A model generated the notes under the pieces. That model searched no databases and was not told the origin of the DNA. It saw only the letters and a program-made list of their open reading frames with translations. This document shows positions 60,017 through 64,000 of a DNA stretch of 64,000 bases, in pieces; positions within the stretch are counted from its first letter, which is position 1; every line of letters starts with the position of its first letter. Both the position numbers and the translations under genes were made by a program. Origin of the DNA: a virus; the IMG/VR virus record IMGVR_UViG_3300025018_000113, positions 1 to 64,000 of that record; one strand, 5' to 3'.

Positions 60017-60420
60017 ATGTTGACTTAATTGAACCAATTGATGTGGTTATCGAACAAATAGATAAGACAACAACACCTTATCCAAGCGGTGTTTCTGGAA
60101 GGAAATTTCCAGCAAACCATGTTGAAAGAAAAGCACAGTTGACTATTCCAGCACAAGTTGTTCATGGTGACCGTGACCAAAAAGGAAACCCAACAATGTT
60201 GGGAACTGATGAACAGCGAAAAGGTTACATTGTAATAAGATATGAAGACATGACAAATCTTGGAATCACTTTGAAACGTGGTGATAAGATTGTGAAAATG
60301 GGCCAGCTTGATTGCGAATTGTTTTTGACAATTTCAGCTGGTGACCCAGCCGCACACATTGCTGGTATGTTCAACTTAGTAAGAATGTTTTTTAGTGACA
60401 GAAACCCAGTGGGTGAATAA
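60013..60420 (+). CDS. Putative head-closure protein
   Basis: LKRGDKIVK; position in neck module. Confidence 0.5.
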   Translation: MNVDLIEPIDVVIEQIDKTTTPYPSGVSGRKFPANHVERKAQLTIPAQVVHGDRDQKGNPTMLGTDEQRKGYIVIRYEDMTNLGITLKRGDKIVKMGQLDCELFLTISAGDPAAHIAGMFNLVRMFFSDRNPVGE

Positions 60421-60428
60421 GGAATGTA

Positions 60429-61094
60429 ATGTCAAAAAGCTATCTTTCTTTTTCAGGTGATGTTTCATTGTTCAAAAAATTCCTGAACAAGGAAGTTTGG
60501 CGTGGAAATCTTGAGCGTGAAATAAGAAAGGCAACCATCAGAAATTCACTATTCTTAATTAAGAAAATTAAAGACAACATAAGGAATGATGAATTTGCTG
60601 AAAATGCTTCAATGACATTGGCACTTAAAAGAAGTAATAAAGCACTAATTGACAACAGAAACTTATGGAACGCAATTGACCATAAATTGAAAAGTTCATT
60701 TGAATCAGAAGTTGGTATTCTTGAAAACCGTGCTTCAACAGGAAGCAAGTTTGGAAAAGCAAAAAGCCAAATGAACATCAAGCACCTAGTTGAACTGATT
60801 GAATCAGGTTACACAATCAAGGTAACAGAAAAGATGCGTAAAGCACTTATGGCATCACTTAATGAAGACCGAACAAAATCAGGAAAATTAAAAGAGAAAT
60901 CTAGGGTTGCACTTCAACGTGCAAAAAGTGCTTTTGCTGGTGGTGGAACGTGGGTTGTCCCACCAAGACCACTATTCACAAAAGTGTGGGATGACCCTAC
61001 AATAAACGATGTCATCCAAGAAAACTGGAAAAGGGCACTTGAAGGGGCGTTCAAAGCACAAGGTGCCAAAGACGGTGAACACAAGGACAGGTAA
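60429..61094 (+). CDS. Putative neck/tail-completion protein
   Basis: ALIDNRNLWNAI, IESG, VPPRPLF motifs typical of neck proteins. Confidence 0.6.
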   Translation: MSKSYLSFSGDVSLFKKFLNKEVWRGNLEREIRKATIRNSLFLIKKIKDNIRNDEFAENASMTLALKRSNKALIDNRNLWNAIDHKLKSSFESEVGILENRASTGSKFGKAKSQMNIKHLVELIESGYTIKVTEKMRKALMASLNEDRTKSGKLKEKSRVALQRAKSAFAGGGTWVVPPRPLFTKVWDDPTINDVIQENWKRALEGAFKAQGAKDGEHKDR

Positions 61095-61097
61095 AAA

Positions 61098-62411
61098 ATG
61101 GAAAATAGAATTATAAAAAACTTTTGCTTTCAGGAAGAATTCAGAAAACAACTGACTTTTTCTGATGTGACAAAAATCAGATTGAACACAGAAGATGCTT
61201 TGAATCAGCGTGTGATGCTAAAAGGGCCAACTTATTCAACTGATAATGACATTTATGTTGAAACTTGGTTACTAGAAGCAAACGCATTGAAGAAGTGGTT
61301 GGGTTTTGAAATAATTTTCAAAGAAGGTGAAAACCCACTTGAACTCCCAGCTGGAACATCAATTGGTGTTCGATTGAAAACAACAGCTGGACATTACTGG
61401 TTTGACACTGGTGATTCAACTTGGAAAATTGCTGGTGTTGGACAGTGGAACACTGATTCTGAAATTAGGGCCAACATTGAAACATTCCCAATTGCGACAA
61501 TTGGAAATAAAAAGTTGGGTGTTGTGGTCAACTTAAAGACAACAGATAGCAATGTGACACCAGAAATTTACGCTGTGAAGTTATTAGGGCTATTCGATGT
61601 TGAACCTTTTGATGATTTAGTTTATGATAGTGTTATAAGGCTACTGAATAAAAATTTCAGAGCAACATCAACCCTGATGTTTCAGGTTGGTTCATCAAGC
61701 ATCAGTTCCCAAAGCTTAAACGCTGTGCTTGAAAACAAAGGTTATAACATTTTCGATGTGAAATATGTTTATGACCTTACTAATGACCCACAAAAGCTGA
61801 ACAACCTTCATGGTTCTTACGCTGTTGGGGCATTAAAGCAAGACGGGTTTACTTATGAAATGGGAACTGAAACATTCACACAACCAATTCCAGCCAATTC
61901 ATTCATTGAAATTGTTTTTGAATACGTTCCAGAAATTTCAGTCAAAGTTAACCAAGACTATTTTGAAGAACCAACTTACCCACACCTTGTCATTCACAGA
62001 ATCACAGAAGTGGAAAGAAGGGGCTTCATTATGAGAAACACAAACGGTGCTGACAGGGACTTCATTAGAAACAAGGAAGCTGGAATGGCCGTTCAGCATC
62101 AACCACCAAGTCAAAAGTCTTACCGCTTTGATGTTCAACTTTTCACAACTGAAATTGACCAATTTAGATTGCTTGATGCAATTAGGCGGTTTTTTGCCAA
62201 CACAAAAAAGTTGGTTACTTATGGGCTTGGAAATGAACACGCCATTGAAATAGTGGAAGAAATTGACACGGCTGGCAACAAGGACAGTGATTCAAGTGAC
62301 ACAAACATTGCCAATGGTTCGTTTGATGTGCTTGGAGTTTTATTTTTTGACAAACCTTCACTTGATGTTCCGTTGGTGACACAATTGAATGTTGATATGA
62401 TAAGGCAATAA
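61098..62411 (+). CDS. Putative tail terminator / structural protein
   Basis: YPHLVI...YRFDVQL; immediately precedes the sheath gene. Confidence 0.5.
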   Translation: MENRIIKNFCFQEEFRKQLTFSDVTKIRLNTEDALNQRVMLKGPTYSTDNDIYVETWLLEANALKKWLGFEIIFKEGENPLELPAGTSIGVRLKTTAGHYWFDTGDSTWKIAGVGQWNTDSEIRANIETFPIATIGNKKLGVVVNLKTTDSNVTPEIYAVKLLGLFDVEPFDDLVYDSVIRLLNKNFRATSTLMFQVGSSSISSQSLNAVLENKGYNIFDVKYVYDLTNDPQKLNNLHGSYAVGALKQDGFTYEMGTETFTQPIPANSFIEIVFEYVPEISVKVNQDYFEEPTYPHLVIHRITEVERRGFIMRNTNGADRDFIRNKEAGMAVQHQPPSQKSYRFDVQLFTTEIDQFRLLDAIRRFFANTKKLVTYGLGNEHAIEIVEEIDTAGNKDSDSSDTNIANGSFDVLGVLFFDKPSLDVPLVTQLNVDMIRQ

Positions 62412-62466
62412 AAGTTTGAAAAATTTGTGCGTAAGGTATAACATTGTATAACAAAGGAAGGTAAAA

Positions 62467-64000
62467 ATGGCACAACGTAGATTTGGCCCAACACGTGGGG
62501 CTGGTGTAGTAGTAATAGAACGTGAAGGTGAAGCTTCAATCACTCCAAGCGCATTGGGTGTGACAGCTTATACAGGCATTTTTAAGAAGGGGCCTGTTGG
62601 CAAAGCGTTCAGAGCAAAAACAAGAACTGACTTCTTATTCAAAGCTGGTGGGGTGATTCCAGAATCACTTGCACCTGATGCGGCCCTGTCTTTCTATCGT
62701 GCATCTAATGGTGCTGGTGAAATTTGGGTGAACCGTGTGACTGATGGTTCAGAAAAAATTGCTGAACTTTCTATGTTCAACAGACTTGGAAAAGGAACAC
62801 TTGTTGCTAAATTCAAGGCTGGAAACGCTGGCCGTTGGGCTGGTAAGAAGAAAAAGCTTGTTGATGAATATGCAAGTTTTGATGCAACAACCATGACACT
62901 TTCAAATGTTCCAGCGAACCTGAAACAAGATGAACTTGCTGGTGCTGTTGTTAAGTTCAAAGCTGTTCCAGGGAAATCATTTGTTGTTGAAAGCAATGAT
63001 GAACTTGGTGTTCTTCAATTCGCAAGTGATGTGAACTTAATTGATGAACTTGATGGAACAACAAACGAACTTGTTGAAATTGACCTTTCAAATAATGGTG
63101 AATCATTGGCCGTTCTTGTAAAAGACGGGCTTTTGAAACCAAGTCAAGAATTTGGTCTTGAATTTTATTCAATTGAAGGGAATGTTGCTGAATTGGTGAA
63201 GTCTTACAATGACCTTTCACTTGACCCAGCCGCTTCAAATTATTATGTGGACATCATCAACGCTGACAGTGATTCTGACTTTTTAATTAAAGTTGAAGAC
63301 CTAAACATTGGTGGTTCATTAGTTTCTGGACAAAGACCAGCAAACTTTGCAAGCACAATTAAGACATTGACGGCCACTGTTCTTACAGCTGACATTCATT
63401 TCTTATCAGTTTCAAGTGTTGCAAATGCAAAAGCAAAACTTGACCCTGTTGTTCTTGGTTCAGAAATAATCAAAGACAAAATGGTTCTTACAAATACAGC
63501 ACAAGGTGCCCGTTCAACTGAAACACTTACGTTTGTTGGACAGCCAAGTGATTCTGAAACGGTAACAATTGGCGGTGATGTTTACACATTCAAAACCGTT
63601 CCAGTTGGTGCCCTTGATGTTTTAATTGGTGCAAACCTTGAAGCTTCAATTGACAACCTTGTTGCAAAAGTAAACGAACAAGTTGGCAAGCTTTATTTTG
63701 CTGAAAAAGCATCGGCAACCACAATGGCAGTTTATGCAAAAACAGCTGGTGTTGCTGGTGATTCCATAGCGGTTTCAACAACTGTGACTGGTGCTTCATT
63801 TGGCGGTGCAAACCTTACAGGTGGCGTAAACCAAACTTGGAACATGACTTCTGAAAAGATGCCTTTCCTTGGAACAACTGTCATCACTTCTGGTGTTGCT
63901 TATGCACCAGCAAATGATTTTGGTTATGGTTTTACACTTGTTGATGAATCACTAAGTTCAGCAAAAGAATTTGATGTTGGTGACACAATCACAATTGATG
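62467..64000 (+). CDS. Tail sheath protein (3'-truncated by window end)
   Basis: Hand-read MAQRRFGPTRGAGVVVIE...VTAYTGIFKKGPVG...IWVNRV...AGNAGRWAG...YNDLSLD; omitted from the track, consistent with no stop before the window end. Confidence 0.85.
   Translation, partial: MAQRRFGPTRGAGVVVIEREGEASITPSALGVTAYTGIFKKGPVGKAFRAKTRTDFLFKAGGVIPESLAPDAALSFYRASNGAGEIWVNRVTDGSEKIAELSMFNRLGKGTLVAKFKAGNAGRWAGKKKKLVDEYASFDATTMTLSNVPANLKQDELAGAVVKFKAVPGKSFVVESNDELGVLQFASDVNLIDELDGTTNELVEIDLSNNGESLAVLVKDGLLKPSQEFGLEFYSIEGNVAELVKSYNDLSLDPAASNYYVDIINADSDSDFLIKVEDLNIGGSLVSGQRPANFASTIKTLTATVLTADIHFLSVSSVANAKAKLDPVVLGSEIIKDKMVLTNTAQGARSTETLTFVGQPSDSETVTIGGDVYTFKTVPVGALDVLIGANLEASIDNLVAKVNEQVGKLYFAEKASATTMAVYAKTAGVAGDSIAVSTTVTGASFGGANLTGGVNQTWNMTSEKMPFLGTTVITSGVAYAPANDFGYGFTLVDESLSSAKEFDVGDTITID

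Noticed and set aside
574-64000. Alternative genetic code (stop-codon reassignment)
   Set aside because: Conserved genes are full length under the standard code and coding density is high

Overview
A 64-kb AT-rich segment of a large tailed dsDNA phage, probably with a contractile tail, with essentially all real genes on the + strand. Bases 1-20 kb are a replication/recombination module: an intein-containing primase-helicase, a UDG-PolA fusion polymerase, gp32-like SSB, UvrD, 5'-3' exonuclease, RecA, an intein-containing Mre11/SbcD with Rad50/SbcC, a C5 DNA methyltransferase and RuvC. Bases 20-43 kb are an accessory region of small genes (CSD, RHH, GroES, HD ppGpp-hydrolase-like, MazG, NAD ligase, tyrosine recombinase, phosphoesterases, GIY-YIG) with a skewed, structured non-coding stretch near 28 kb. 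Bases 42-64 kb are the packaging, head, neck and tail-sheath module. The most unusual feature is a 654-nt element in the methyltransferase gene, inserted between the conserved QTVP and DGYT residues. It encodes an HNH endonuclease in one frame while leaving the methyltransferase frame open, and shows no intein or intron hallmarks. Other notable items are three repeated operator-like motif families, a shared acidic-tract/EKPAKGKKAK/basic-tail module in two different proteins, and apparent GATC avoidance. All calls come from manual motif reading; no database searches or computations were run.
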